Source: an uncultured Actinomycetes bacterium (GTDB lineage: Bacteria > Actinomycetota > UBA4738 > HRBIN12). From it: DNA of 64,000 nt. The translations under genes and the position numbers were made by a program. Of the stretch, positions 1 through 10,183 are shown piece after piece; the first letter of the stretch is position 1; every line of letters starts with the position of its first letter. The notes under the pieces were generated by a model that saw nothing but the letters and a program-made list of their open reading frames with translations, was not told the DNA's origin and did not search any database. Location of the stretch: contig CAVZMG010000002.1 of NCBI GenBank assembly GCA_963776425.1, positions 1,122,732 to 1,186,731 on the forward strand, written 5' to 3'.

Positions 1-223
1 ATGGACGCGCCGGCGAAGACCCACGATGCGCTCTGACCCAGGCTGAACGCGCCGCCGGAGTTGGTCGTGAACCGCAGGTCCAGCACACCGGGGATCAACG
101 TGAGGGGCGGCCTCCCAGCCAGCGAACGCTCCACCCACACCTTGCTCACCCGGTCGAGCACCCACACGACCCCGGCCGTCGCGAACAGCACGGCGGCGGA
201 ACGGGAGCGGAGGGACACGGCGG

Positions 224-610
224 CTACCGCCGCGATTGGGCCTGGGCGTCCTTGATGCAGAGATCGACGTACGGGAGCGCTTTGACGCGTGCCTTCTCGA
301 TCGGTTTGCCGCAGATGTCGCAGATCCCGTAGGTGCCGTCGTTCATGCGCTTGAGCGCGCGGTCGATCTTCTGGAGCAGATCCCTGACGTTGTTCTCGAT
401 CGAGAGGTCCTTCTCACGCTCGAACGTGGCCGTCCCGGCGTCGGCCGACTCGTCGTCGAGGCCCACGTCTCCCGAGAGATCGGACTGGGTCACCGCGAAG
501 GAATCCTCGACGATCGTGGTGAGCTGGGTGTCCAGCTCGACCCGCTCTTCTTCCAGGCGAACCCGCAGGTCACGGAGCTCGATCTTGGTCAGTTTCGTGG
601 TCCCGGCCAT
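224..610 (-). CDS. DksA/TraR-family C4-type zinc-finger regulator (probable start at MAGTTKLTK)
   Basis: C-terminal CDICGKP...LC motif and coiled-coil N-terminus typical of DksA/TraR; ORF 224..658 trimmed to internal ATG. Confidence 0.55.
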   Translation of the reverse strand: MAGTTKLTKIELRDLRVRLEEERVELDTQLTTIVEDSFAVTQSDLSGDVGLDDESADAGTATFEREKDLSIENNVRDLLQKIDRALKRMNDGTYGICDICGKPIEKARVKALPYVDLCIKDAQAQSRR

Positions 611-659
611 GGTCGAGGGAGGGTAGCACAGGGGTCCTCGACGGACCGGTAACCGCACG

Positions 660-920
660 TCAGCGGCCAGATAGCCGGCTTCGGAGGTCCTCGGCCGAGA
701 GGCCCTCCACGACGAACACCTTCGAGCGCGAACGAGCTCCCGATCTCAAACGAACGTGCGTCTTCGGCACGCCCAACGCCGCCGCGAGGATCGTGGCCGC
801 CTCGAGGGTGGCCCTTCCGCCTTCAGGCGCGGATCGAACGCGAACCCGCGGCCCGTCGGGCCCGATCTCGACCCCGGCTCGCGTCGATCGCGGGATCACT
901 CGCACAGCGATGCTCCCCAT
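660..920 (-). CDS. DUF167 (YggU-like) small protein
   Basis: MGSIAVRVIPRS...LEAATILAAALGVPK pattern typical of YggU/DUF167; start moved to internal ATG. Confidence 0.45.
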   Translation of the reverse strand: MGSIAVRVIPRSTRAGVEIGPDGPRVRVRSAPEGGRATLEAATILAAALGVPKTHVRLRSGARSRSKVFVVEGLSAEDLRSRLSGR

Positions 921-989
921 GGTCGAGGTGTAGCATGCCGGGACAGGCGTCGACGGGAACACGGTCGCGAGGACCGCGGAGCCAGAGCG

Positions 990-1245
990 AGCCGGGGATG
1001 GTGTGAGCCCGGTGCCGAGCCCTCGCGGTCATCCTCCCCGAGCCGCTGCCCGAACCGGAGTGGGAGGTCCTCACCCCGCAGTAGACGCAGCCGGGCCCCG
1101 CCCGTGAACGCGGGAGGCCGTGATGGCGGCCGTGAGCGGTCGGCGCCGCGAGGCGCCGACAAGCGGGGTGGTACCGCGGGGCCTCCGCCTCGTCCCTGCA
1201 AGGGACGAGGCGTTCCGTGTCTTCGGGCACGGGAGGAGGCGAGCG
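990..1245 (+). ncRNA. T-box leader (Ile-responsive) upstream of ileS
   Basis: Conserved T-box sequence GGGTGGTACCGCG at 1166-1178. Followed by a perfect 12-bp hairpin CGCCTCGTCCCT-GCA-AGGGACGAGGCG (1186-1212), then GGGAGGAGG SD and the ileS ATG. An ATC triplet lies in the upstream region (1031-1033). Actinobacterial ileS is known to carry T-box leaders. Confidence 0.5.
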
Positions 1246-1248
1246 AAC

Positions 1249-4200
1249 ATGTCGCGGTTCGAACCGGTAGCTCCCAAGGTCGACTTCCCCGAACTCGAAC
1301 GACGCATCCTTGACGTGTGGCGCGACGCCGATGTGTTCCGCGCGAGCATCGAGCTCCGCAAGGACGCGCCGCTGTGGATCTTCTACGAAGGACCGCCGAC
1401 CGCGAACGGCAAGCCGGGGATCCACCACGTCGAGCCGCGCACGTTCAAGGATGTCTACCCGCGGTTCAAGACGATGACCGGCCACTACGTGCCCAGGAAG
1501 GGCGGCTGGGACTGCCACGGCCTCCCGGTCGAGCTCGAGGTCGAGAAGGAGATCGGCACGACGGGCAAGCGTGACATCGAGGCGTTCGGGATCGCGGAGT
1601 TCAATCGGCTCTGTCGCGAGTCCGTCGGGCGCTACGTCGACGACTTCGAACGGCTCACGGAGCGGATCGGGTTCTGGATCGATATGTCCGACGCGTATCG
1701 GACCATGGACACCGAGTACATCGAGAGCGTGTGGTGGTCGCTCAAGCGGCTCTTCGAACGCGGGCTCCTGTTCGAGTCGGACAAGGTGACCGCGTACTGC
1801 CCTCGTTGCGGGACCGCTCTTTCCGACGCCGAGGTCGCGATGGGCTACCGCACCGTGGACGATCCCAGCGTGTTCGTGAAGCTGGAGCTTCTCGATGTGC
1901 CCCAGCTGCCGGACCTCGTCGGTGCATCGCTCCTGGTCTGGACCACCACACCCTGGACGCTCCCGTCGAACACCGGCGTCGCCGTCCTGTCATCGGGGAC
2001 CTACGCGGTCGTGGACCACGACGGCGAGCGACTGATCCTGCATCAGGCGCTCGTGGAGCGGGTGCTGGCCGTGGAGGAGGCGGGGACGGCGGTGGACGGG
2101 GCCGCCCTGATCGGCGCGACGTACCGACCGCCGTACCCCAACGTCGACGGAGCGCACACCGTGGTCGCGGGCACATTCGTCTCGATCGACGACGGGACCG
2201 GGATCGTGCACCTCGCACCCGCGTTCGGCCCTGAGGATCTGGCGCTCGGGCGAGCCGAGGGCTGGCCGGTGTTCAAGCCCGTCGACGACGCCGGCCGGTT
2301 CAACGACCTCGCGCCCCCGTTCCTCCGCGGATCGTTCTTCAAGGATGCGGACCCGGTGATCGTCGAAGACCTCCGCGATCGCGGGATCCTGTTGCGGGGC
2401 GAGACGATCGAGCACGCGTATCCGTTCTGCTGGAGGTGCGATACGCCGCTCCTCTACTACGCGCGCTCGACGTGGTACGCGCGCACGACGGCCGTGAAAC
2501 CGCGCTTGCTCGAGGTGAACGAAGGCGTGCACTGGTTCCCCGATCACATCAAGCACGGTCGGTACGGTGATTGGCTCGAGAACAACGTGGACTGGGCCGT
2601 GGGTCGCGAGCGTTACTGGGGAACGCCCTTGCCCTTGTGGCGTTGCGCCGAAGGCCACGTGACGCCGATCAGCTCGTTGCAGGAGCTGGGCGCGCGAGCG
2701 GGGCGCGACGTCTCTGACATCGACCCGCATCGGCCGTTCATCGACGAGGTGACGTTCGCGTGTCCCGAGGACCCCTGCGACGCGACGGCGACCCGCGTCC
2801 CCGAGGTGATCGACACCTGGTACGACTCGGGCGCGATGCCGTTCGCGCAGTGGGGATACCACCCCGAACTCGGTCGTGGTGAGGAGATGTTCGCCCAGCG
2901 CCATCCCGCTGACTTCATCTCTGAAGCGATCGATCAAACGCGCGGCTGGTTCTACACGTTGATGGCGGAGGGCGTGCTGCACTTCGACGAGACCACGTAC
3001 CGCAACGTGGTGTGCCTCGGGCATCTCGTCGCGGCCGACGGGAAGAAGATGTCCAAGTCGCTCGGCAACGCCCTCGATCCGTGGGAGGTGCTCGATCGCC
3101 AAGGCGCTGACGCGCTCCGCTGGTTCATGATCGCCAACGGCTCCCCGTGGGCCTCGCGCCGGATCGGACATGAGGTGTTGGACGAGATCGTTCGCACGTT
3201 CCTGTTGACCCTTTGGCACGTGTACGCGTTCTTCGTCACGTACGCGAACGCCGAGGGCTTCGATCCAGACACCGCCCCACCCTCAGACACACAGCTGCCG
3301 GCTCTCGATCGATGGGCGCTGTCACAGCTCGCCGATACGACACGCACGGCTCGGGAAGGGCTGGAGGCCTACGACGCCACCTCCGCAGCTCGCCGGATCT
3401 CGGCATTCGTCGACGATCTCTCGAACTGGTACGTCCGCCGCTCGCGACGGCGGTTCTGGGATCCCTCAGGCGGAGGGGGCGATGACGCCCGCGCGGCGTT
3501 CCACACCTTGCATACCGCGCTCGTCACCGTGTCGCAGCTCCTGGCGCCGTTCACGCCGTTCATCGCCGAGGAGCTCTGGAGGAACCTCGCCTCCCGGCGG
3601 CCGGGCGTGGCCGTGTCCGTCCATCTCTCCGACTATCCGCTCGTCGACCCGGGCGCGATCGACGAACGGCTCGACGAGGCGATGATGGTCGCGAGGGCGG
3701 TCGTCGAGCTCGGCCGCCGCGTTCGCGTCGAGACGAAGACGCGCACACGGCAACCCCTCTCAGAGGCGGTCGTCCATACGGCGACCGACCACACGGCCAT
3801 GACCGAGCTCCTGCCCCTGATCGCCGAGGAGCTCAACGTGAAGGCCGTCGTGTTCGCGGGATCGGAAGCGTCGTTCGCCCGGTGGCGCGCCAAGCCCAAC
3901 TTCAAGGTCCTCGGTCCCCGGCTCGGCCCACTGGTGAAGCAGCTGGCTGAACTTCTCGAGGCGGACGATGGCTCGATCGCTGCCGTTCTGGCGGCCGGCG
4001 GGGACGCACCCGTCACGCTCGCGGACGGCTCGGTGGTGACCCTAGGGCCCGACGATGTGGAACTCTCGAGGGCCGTCACCGAGGGGTGGGGCGTCGCCTC
4101 GGACGGAGGCATCACCGTGGCACTCGATCTGGAACTCACCGACGACCTCCGGCGCGAAGGCGTCGCGCGCGAGATCGTCCGAGCCGTTCAGGACGCGCGC

Positions 4201-4425
4201 AAGGCCGCCGGCCTGGACGTGAGCGATCGCATCGCGCTCGGCATCTCCGCAGCGGGGAGGATCGCGCACGCGTTCCGCCTCGACGGAGCACAGATCGCCA
4301 CGGAGACACTCGCGGTCGAACTCGCCGATCACGAGCTCGCCGATGCGTCGTTCCGTCAGGAGGTCAGCGTCGACGGAGAGCCGGTCGTCATCACCCTGCG
4401 GACCGCGCCGACCCAGATCGCCTGA
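1249..4425 (+). CDS. ileS: isoleucyl-tRNA synthetase (1058 aa, type 2 / actinobacterial form)
   Basis: HIGH-type motif (GKPGIHHV), KMSKS, editing domain, full length match to IleRS; ATG at 1249 (MSRFEPVAP). Confidence 0.95.
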   Translation: MSRFEPVAPKVDFPELERRILDVWRDADVFRASIELRKDAPLWIFYEGPPTANGKPGIHHVEPRTFKDVYPRFKTMTGHYVPRKGGWDCHGLPVELEVEKEIGTTGKRDIEAFGIAEFNRLCRESVGRYVDDFERLTERIGFWIDMSDAYRTMDTEYIESVWWSLKRLFERGLLFESDKVTAYCPRCGTALSDAEVAMGYRTVDDPSVFVKLELLDVPQLPDLVGASLLVWTTTPWTLPSNTGVAVLSSGTYAVVDHDGERLILHQALVERVLAVEEAGTAVDGAALIGATYRPPYPNVDGAHTVVAGTFVSIDDGTGIVHLAPAFGPEDLALGRAEGWPVFKPVDDAGRFNDLAPPFLRGSFFKDADPVIVEDLRDRGILLRGETIEHAYPFCWRCDTPLLYYARSTWYARTTAVKPRLLEVNEGVHWFPDHIKHGRYGDWLENNVDWAVGRERYWGTPLPLWRCAEGHVTPISSLQELGARAGRDVSDIDPHRPFIDEVTFACPEDPCDATATRVPEVIDTWYDSGAMPFAQWGYHPELGRGEEMFAQRHPADFISEAIDQTRGWFYTLMAEGVLHFDETTYRNVVCLGHLVAADGKKMSKSLGNALDPWEVLDRQGADALRWFMIANGSPWASRRIGHEVLDEIVRTFLLTLWHVYAFFVTYANAEGFDPDTAPPSDTQLPALDRWALSQLADTTRTAREGLEAYDATSAARRISAFVDDLSNWYVRRSRRRFWDPSGGGGDDARAAFHTLHTALVTVSQLLAPFTPFIAEELWRNLASRRPGVAVSVHLSDYPLVDPGAIDERLDEAMMVARAVVELGRRVRVETKTRTRQPLSEAVVHTATDHTAMTELLPLIAEELNVKAVVFAGSEASFARWRAKPNFKVLGPRLGPLVKQLAELLEADDGSIAAVLAAGGDAPVTLADGSVVTLGPDDVELSRAVTEGWGVASDGGITVALDLELTDDLRREGVAREIVRAVQDARKAAGLDVSDRIALGISAAGRIAHAFRLDGAQIATETLAVELADHELADASFRQEVSVDGEPVVITLRTAPTQIA

Positions 4426-4606
4426 TCACGCCGATCCCAAGGAGGAACAGCCCGCCCACGCTGACGACGAGCGCGACCAGTGGCGGACCTGCATCGTTCC
4501 CGTCCGCGATGAGCGCGACGGCGAGGGAGACGGCCGCCGACAGGATCAGGATGAAGGCGACGCCGAAGGGCAAGGCGACCGCCGCGCGACGATCGCTTTG
4601 GCTCAC
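4391..4606 (-). CDS. small two-helix membrane protein (71 aa), hypothetical
   Basis: Two hydrophobic helices (AVALPFGVAFILILSAAVSLAVALI / LVALVVSVGGLFLLGIGVI) between ileS and divIVA; convergent 35-nt overlap with ileS 3' end. Confidence 0.3.
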   Translation of the reverse strand: MSQSDRRAAVALPFGVAFILILSAAVSLAVALIADGNDAGPPLVALVVSVGGLFLLGIGVIRRSGSARSAG

Positions 4607-4750
4607 TCCTCGCCCCAGAACAACTCCCGGAGGGTGCGATCTCCTTCACCCGGCGCGCCGTCCTCGTCGCCACCGTCTGCTGCCGAGACCGACGCGGTGG
4701 CCGGCTCCTGTACGCGGATCGGCTCCGTCGGGCGGGCGTCCGGCACTCGC

Positions 4751-5428
4751 TCACGAGCTTCCGGCGCCTCGACCGGTTCCGGCGTGGATGGCGGCGGCGC
4801 GGCGGCGGGAGGCGCGACCTTCGCGACCGGTGGCGGCCGGGGTCGCGGCGGCCGCCGGCGCGGGGGTCGAGTCGGCCTTCGGAGGGGCGGGCGTGGTCAC
4901 GGCGGGTGTCGGCGGCGTCCCCCGATCCGCGCTCCGGCTCGCCTTCGCCATCCCCTTCACCGATTCCGCATGCCCCTGGACGAGCGACGCCAACTGCTGG
5001 AGGAATCCCTTCTCTTGGGAGAGGAACGCAGCAACGGCCGCTCGGCCCGCGTCGGTCGCCAGCCCACCTGATGTCGCCGCCGCTTGGTCGCGGGCGGCTT
5101 GCACGATCGATGCTGCCTCATCTCGGGCACGTTGGATGATCTCGTCGGCCTGACGGGACTGGTCGACGAGGTCCGGCGCCCCGATCGGGAGCGCGGACGG
5201 AGCCACCGGGAGTCCGCTCGCGGAGCGCAGCCGTTGGTTATCCTCGGCCAGTTTCGTCATGGACTCCGTGACCTGATCGAGGAACTCGTCGACGTCGCGC
5301 ATCCGGTACCCACCGAACCGCGAAACGCGGAACTCCTTCTGCTGGATCTCCGCCGCCGTCACGGACGACGACGCGGGCATCCCGCTGAAATCCTGCGCGT
5401 CGTCGGTGCCTTTGTCCTTGTTCCTCAT
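4751..5428 (-). CDS. divIVA: DivIVA-domain cell-division protein (Wag31-like); true start may be internal ATG near 5380
   Basis: N-terminal DivIVA motif (FRVSRFGGYRMRDVDEFLDQV), coiled coil, Pro/Ala-rich tail; position after yggT-sepF. Confidence 0.8.
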   Translation of the reverse strand: MRNKDKGTDDAQDFSGMPASSSVTAAEIQQKEFRVSRFGGYRMRDVDEFLDQVTESMTKLAEDNQRLRSASGLPVAPSALPIGAPDLVDQSRQADEIIQRARDEAASIVQAARDQAAATSGGLATDAGRAAVAAFLSQEKGFLQQLASLVQGHAESVKGMAKASRSADRGTPPTPAVTTPAPPKADSTPAPAAAATPAATGREGRASRRRAAAIHAGTGRGAGSS

Positions 5429-5450
5429 GGGACCTCCCTCGCTCCCCCGC

Positions 5451-5732
5451 TCAATGGCAGAACACGTTCTGCAGCACGAAGATGATCACGAACGCCACGA
5501 TCACCGACAGGTCGAGCGCACCCGCGGGCGGCACGATCCGCCGGATCGGCGTCAGCGCCGGCTCCGTGATGTCGAACAGTAGCTCGAACGCTGTGCGCAC
5601 CGGACCCGTGACGGGGACGCGGATGCCCGCCAACTCGACCCAACTCACGATCACCCGGATAAGCAGGACGATCCAGTAGATCGTGAGCGCGAGGCAGACC
5701 AGCCGAAGGAAGGGGTTCGCCGCGCAGATCAT
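5451..5732 (-). CDS. YggT-family membrane protein
   Basis: 93 aa, two TM helices, conserved position between sepF and divIVA. Confidence 0.75.
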   Translation of the reverse strand: MICAANPFLRLVCLALTIYWIVLLIRVIVSWVELAGIRVPVTGPVRTAFELLFDITEPALTPIRRIVPPAGALDLSVIVAFVIIFVLQNVFCH

Positions 5733-5795
5733 CGGCTGGGAAGGCTAGCAGCACCGCGCCGGCGGGTCGCATCGTGCGGCGAGGCCCGGCGCTGG

Positions 5796-6266
5796 TCAGA
5801 ACTGGTTGTAGAACGCGCCGCCCGCGATACGTTCGCGCTCTTCGGCCGAGACCTCGACGTTGGCCGGGGTCAGCAGGTAGACCCGGTTCGCGACGAGCTC
5901 GATCTTGCCATCCAAGCCGTACACGAGACCCGACGCGAAATCGACGAGTCGCCGAGCGATCGTATCGTCGGTGCTCTGCAGGTTCATGATCACGGCAGTG
6001 CCTTCCTTGAAGCGGTCGGCCACCTCCCGCGCTTCGTTGAACCGCTTGGGCTCGGATTTGTAGATCGCGGAGGATGCGGAGGCCATCCGCGGCGATGCGA
6101 TCGTCCGGACCACCCCTTCGGTCTCGGAGGGAACCTCGCGAACCGCCTGAGGCTTCATTCGGCGAACCGGCGCCGGCTCCGCCTCGGGCATCTCGTCGAC
6201 GAAGTCGTCCTCGTCCTCGACCAACCCGAGGTAGTTGAGCGTCTTCTTCCACACGCCGGCCATCAC
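5796..6266 (-). CDS. sepF: cell division protein SepF
   Basis: C-terminal SepF core (GTAVIMNLQSTDDTIARRLVDFASGLVYGLDGKIELVANRVYLLTP). Confidence 0.85.
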   Translation of the reverse strand: MMAGVWKKTLNYLGLVEDEDDFVDEMPEAEPAPVRRMKPQAVREVPSETEGVVRTIASPRMASASSAIYKSEPKRFNEAREVADRFKEGTAVIMNLQSTDDTIARRLVDFASGLVYGLDGKIELVANRVYLLTPANVEVSAEERERIAGGAFYNQF

Positions 6267-6278
6267 TTCCTCCCTGAC

Positions 6279-6965
6279 TTACGGCACCCGGGGACCGAAC
6301 AGCGCCGTCCCGACGCGGACCATGGTAGCGCCTTCCTCGACCGCGACCTCGTAATCCAACGACATCCCCATGGACAATTCCAGCACCTCAGGGTGGTCGT
6401 GCGCGACCCGGTCGCGCAGCTCCCGGAGCTTCGCGAACGTCGGTCGGGCGTCCTGTGACGTGCCCGCCACAGGGGGGATCGTCATCAACCCGATGAGCCG
6501 CAGCCCGTCGAGCACGGCAACGTGGTCGGTCAGGGCCGAGATCTCCGACGGCGCCGCGCCTGCACGTTCACCCGTGAAATCGACCTCGATCATGGCGTCG
6601 AGCGTCCTCCCAGCTTCGGCCGCCCGGCGCGCGAGGCGCTCCGTCGGCCGGCCGCCGGCGACGGTCTGGACCACATCCGCCAGCGCGGCCACGTGATGGA
6701 CGCTGTTCGTCTGGAGCGTGCCGATGAAATGCCACCGGGCGCCGGGAACCGACGGGCGCTTCGTTCGCAACTCGCGTACGTAGTTCTCCCCCACGTCCGT
6801 GAGTCCGGCTCGGACCGCCGCCGCCACCATCTCAGCGGGGACCGACTTGGCCGCGCCAACGATCCGGACCCCGGCCGGGTCGCGTCCCACGCGCTCGCAC
6901 GCACCCGCGATCCGTTCACGAACCTCGTCAAGGTTCGCTCGGAGCGATCCCTCGGACCAACGCAT
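6279..6965 (-). CDS. YggS-family PLP homeostasis protein (alanine-racemase-fold)
   Basis: Conserved YggS motifs (WHFIGTLQTNSVHHV, LSMGMSLDYEVAVEEGATMVRVGTALFG); start trimmed to MRWSEGSLRANL. Confidence 0.85.
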   Translation of the reverse strand: MRWSEGSLRANLDEVRERIAGACERVGRDPAGVRIVGAAKSVPAEMVAAAVRAGLTDVGENYVRELRTKRPSVPGARWHFIGTLQTNSVHHVAALADVVQTVAGGRPTERLARRAAEAGRTLDAMIEVDFTGERAGAAPSEISALTDHVAVLDGLRLIGLMTIPPVAGTSQDARPTFAKLRELRDRVAHDHPEVLELSMGMSLDYEVAVEEGATMVRVGTALFGPRVP

Positions 6966-7103
6966 CACGTCAGCGTGCCAGAACGAGGAACGGGGGGCGG
7001 GGAGGTCTCCCGGCCGAAGAGGCGGGGGAAGGGCGCCTCTTCCACTCGGAACCTCCCCGCCCCCCACAGCGCGAGGCCGCGCGGGGCGGACGGATCGTCC
7101 GCG

Positions 7104-8270
7104 TCAGTTCTTGAGGAAGTCGGGGATGTCCAGATCCTCCTCAGCATCGAAGGACACGCCCGACGGCTCATGGTCGGCGCCGGACGTGAAGACGTCGGCG
7201 TCCTCGTCCGAGTCGTCGGTCAGGATCGACGGCAAAGGCTCGTCTCGACCGCTCCCGCCGGTCGGCTCCTCGAGCAGCCGGGAGAGCCGACTCTCGAAGC
7301 GGCTCGTGTCTGCGGAGACCGCGAGCTTGTCGAACCCGGCGGCGACGACCGTGACCCGCACCTCTTCGCCGAGCGCGTCGTCCACGACAGCTCCGAAGAT
7401 GATGTTCGCGTCGGGGTGCGCGACCTTGGTGATGTGATCGGCCGCCGCGTTAACCTCATGCAGCGACAGATCCGTCGGGCCGGCGATCGAGAGCAAGACG
7501 CCCTTCGCGCCGTCGATCGACGACTCGAGCAGCGGTGAGGAGATGGCGGCCTTCGCCGCGTCGACCGCCCGGTTCTCCCCCGTCCCATGCCCGATCCCCA
7601 TCAGGGCCGAACCCGCGCCCGTCATCACCGACTTCACATCCGCGAAGTCGAGGTTGATGAGACCGGGAGTGGTGATGAGCGACGTGATGCCGTCCACTCC
7701 TTGGAAGAGGACCTGGTCTGCCATGCGGAACGCATCCACCATGGGGGTCGTCGGATCGGACACCTGGAGGAGACGATCGTTGGGGACCACGATCAACGTA
7801 TCGACGGCCTTCTTCAGTTCGGTGATCCCGAGGTCCGCTTGGGTTGCCCGTTTGCGACCTTCGAACCCGAACGGTCGCGTGACGACGCCGATGGTCAAGG
7901 CGCCCAGACCTCTCGCAACCTCGGCGACGACCGGGGCTCCGCCCGTGCCGGTGCCACCACCCTCGCCCGCGGTGATGAACACCATATCGGCGCCCTTGAG
8001 GATCTCTTCGATCTCATCGCCGTGCTCGTGCGCGGCGGAGCGGCCGACTTCTGGGTCCGAACCCGCTCCGAGACCGCGGGTCGTCTCTCGTCCGATGTCG
8101 AGTTTCACCTCTGCGTCGGACATCAACAGGGTCTGAGCGTCGGTATTGACGGCGATGAACTCGACGCCCCGGAGGCCTGCCTCGATCATCCGGTTCACCG
8201 CGTTCACGCCGCCGCCGCCGATCCCGATGACCTTGATCACGGCGAGGTAGTTCTGGGGAGCATCCATCAT
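7104..8270 (-). CDS. ftsZ: cell division GTPase FtsZ
   Basis: GGGTGTG tubulin signature, full-length FtsZ; GGAGGA SD 6 nt upstream of ATG. Confidence 0.97.
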   Translation of the reverse strand: MMDAPQNYLAVIKVIGIGGGGVNAVNRMIEAGLRGVEFIAVNTDAQTLLMSDAEVKLDIGRETTRGLGAGSDPEVGRSAAHEHGDEIEEILKGADMVFITAGEGGGTGTGGAPVVAEVARGLGALTIGVVTRPFGFEGRKRATQADLGITELKKAVDTLIVVPNDRLLQVSDPTTPMVDAFRMADQVLFQGVDGITSLITTPGLINLDFADVKSVMTGAGSALMGIGHGTGENRAVDAAKAAISSPLLESSIDGAKGVLLSIAGPTDLSLHEVNAAADHITKVAHPDANIIFGAVVDDALGEEVRVTVVAAGFDKLAVSADTSRFESRLSRLLEEPTGGSGRDEPLPSILTDDSDEDADVFTSGADHEPSGVSFDAEEDLDIPDFLKN

Positions 8271-8469
8271 CGCTATCCTCCGCGCGGCGGGCTTGCGGCC
8301 CGTTCGCTACCTGGGGAAACGCCGTACCTCACAACCGAACCATAACCGTAACGTTGAGCTTGATTGTTATATCTACCTCAACTGGAGAGGGCAAACCTAC
8401 TAAGAAAGGCCAGGTCCGTCAAGCGTCGCCGGGACCTCGATTCGTCCTCTCGATGACAGCGAACGGGCT
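8271..8469 (-). promoter_or_regulatory. ftsQ-ftsZ intergenic region with AT-rich segment (probable ftsZ promoters/leader)
   Basis: 199-bp gap, locally AT-rich (accataaccgtaacgttgagcttgattgttatatctacc) in a 70% GC genome; SD before ftsZ. Confidence 0.35.
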
Positions 8470-9207
8470 TCAGGAGAACGTCGCGGTGGGGGCGGAAGGC
8501 ACCCCGACATCTGCGGACCGCAGGGGGGTCCCCTGCGCCCCTGCCCAACGCAGCAACGCGCCCAGCGCCTCCGCCTTGTCGGTCAGCTCATCGGGCGTTC
8601 CGTACGAGATCTGGGCTCCGGAGCGCAGGTCGACCTGCAACTCTCCGTCGACGAGGATCGCGACCTGCGCCACCTGGCGCTGCAAGACGGTGGGCATCGC
8701 GGCGAGCGCTCGCGCCGCTCCGCTCACCAAGGGGGCGCTGGGTTCCGGCCCGGACGGGTCTGCATCCACGATCCGAGGATATGCAGTGGCCGGGTTCGCC
8801 ACATCCAGGAGCGACCCATCCTCGGCCACCAACCGCAGGACGCCGTTCAACGTCGTCACGGCGACCGCGGTGTGTTCGCGGACGTTCACGTCCAGCGTGG
8901 TGGGCAGCTCCTTGGTGATGGTCGCCGACGCGACCCAGGGGTCCGCCTCCAGCCGCCGCTCCGCCGCCTGAGCGTCCAACGTCACGACGTTCGTGCTCGA
9001 TCCGATCCCCGCGATCCGCAACGCCTCCGCTCGGCTGAGGTGATCGAGTCCGTGGACCCGGATCGTCTCGGCGTGGAGGAGCGGGCCCTGGATCGCGGCG
9101 AGCGCGATGGACCCGAGGACCACGACCGCGATGAATAGGAACGCCGGGATCCGCCATCGCCGATGCTCCGCCGGAGTGGACAGATGGAGGTCACCGGCGG
9201 GCGTCAT
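8470..9207 (-). CDS. ftsQ: cell division protein FtsQ/DivIB (POTRA domain)
   Basis: N-terminal TM helix, POTRA-like region, position between murB and ftsZ. Confidence 0.7.
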   Translation of the reverse strand: MTPAGDLHLSTPAEHRRWRIPAFLFIAVVVLGSIALAAIQGPLLHAETIRVHGLDHLSRAEALRIAGIGSSTNVVTLDAQAAERRLEADPWVASATITKELPTTLDVNVREHTAVAVTTLNGVLRLVAEDGSLLDVANPATAYPRIVDADPSGPEPSAPLVSGAARALAAMPTVLQRQVAQVAILVDGELQVDLRSGAQISYGTPDELTDKAEALGALLRWAGAQGTPLRSADVGVPSAPTATFS

Positions 9208-10183
9208 CGAACGCTCCGATCAGCCGGACCTCCGGGACCAGCGATACGCCGCTGGCCCGCTCCACGGCTCCCTCGATCTCGCGGATCAGCGACCAGACAT
9301 CAGCAGCACTCGCGCCGGGGTCGGCCACGATGAAGTTCGCGTGCTTCTCCGAGACGGAGGCGCCGCCCACCCGGCGGCCCTTGCCCCCGGCGGCCTCGAT
9401 CAACCGGGCCGCGTGGTCCCCGGGTGGGTTCGTGAAGACGCTTCCGCAATTGGGTTCGGCGACCGGCTGGGTACGGCGCCGCCAGCTGCGAGCGGCTTCC
9501 ATCGACGCGCGGATCGCACTCGGGTCGCCGGTGACGAGTCGGACGGTTCCGCCGGTGACCACGGCATCTTCCGCCAGTGCTGAGCGCCGATACGCGAAAC
9601 CGGCGTCCGCAGCCGAAACCGTCTCGGGACGGCCCGCACGGAGCCGGTAGGTCTGGACCTGTTCCAGTACCTCGGCCATGTCGTGTTCGTGCGCCCCGGC
9701 ATTCATGCGGATGGCGCCGCCGAGGCTCGCGGGGATCGCGACGCCGAACTCGAGCCCCTCCAGACCGTGGCGCAGCGCAACCCCCGCGAGCGCCGGAAGG
9801 GGCATCGATGCCCCGGCCGTGAGCCGAGCACCGTCCCGCGCCGCCCACCGGTAACCGCGACCGAGCCGGAGGACGAGCCCCGCGAACCCGTCGTCGGAGA
9901 CCAGGACGTTCGAACCCTTCCCGAGGATGACGAACGGGATGTCGCTTTGCGTCAGGGCCTCCCCCGCCGCCGCTAGATCCTGATCGGACTCCGGCTCAAG
10001 GTAGAGCGCGGCGGGCCCGCCGAGGCGGAACGACGTCAGCGGGGCCAGGGGGAACGCGGTGCGCAGCCGGTCCCCACAGGCCGCCCGCAGGATCTGTTCC
10101 GCGCGCGCGATCGCTTCGGTCACGACGCCTCCTCGCGGATCCGTTCGAGGGCGGCGTCGCCGAGCATCCAGACGTCGCCGCAC
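9191..10183 (-). CDS. murB: UDP-N-acetylenolpyruvoylglucosamine reductase
   Basis: FAD-binding MurB motifs (RLGGPA, ILGKGSNVL, CGSVFTNP, GGASVSEKHANFIV). Confidence 0.9.
   Translation of the reverse strand: MRRRLDARRRRPRTDPRGGVVTEAIARAEQILRAACGDRLRTAFPLAPLTSFRLGGPAALYLEPESDQDLAAAGEALTQSDIPFVILGKGSNVLVSDDGFAGLVLRLGRGYRWAARDGARLTAGASMPLPALAGVALRHGLEGLEFGVAIPASLGGAIRMNAGAHEHDMAEVLEQVQTYRLRAGRPETVSAADAGFAYRRSALAEDAVVTGGTVRLVTGDPSAIRASMEAARSWRRRTQPVAEPNCGSVFTNPPGDHAARLIEAAGGKGRRVGGASVSEKHANFIVADPGASAADVWSLIREIEGAVERASGVSLVPEVRLIGAFDDARR

Noticed and set aside
4086-5153. Large Arg/Ala-rich six-frame ORFs across the window (for example 4086..5153, 10476..10964, 20723..21514, 22063..23679, 36962..39076 N-terminal part, 49432..51372 C-terminal part)
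   Set aside because: Typical antisense or off-frame open frames of a 70% GC genome. They have low-complexity R/P/A/G composition and overlap well-supported genes.
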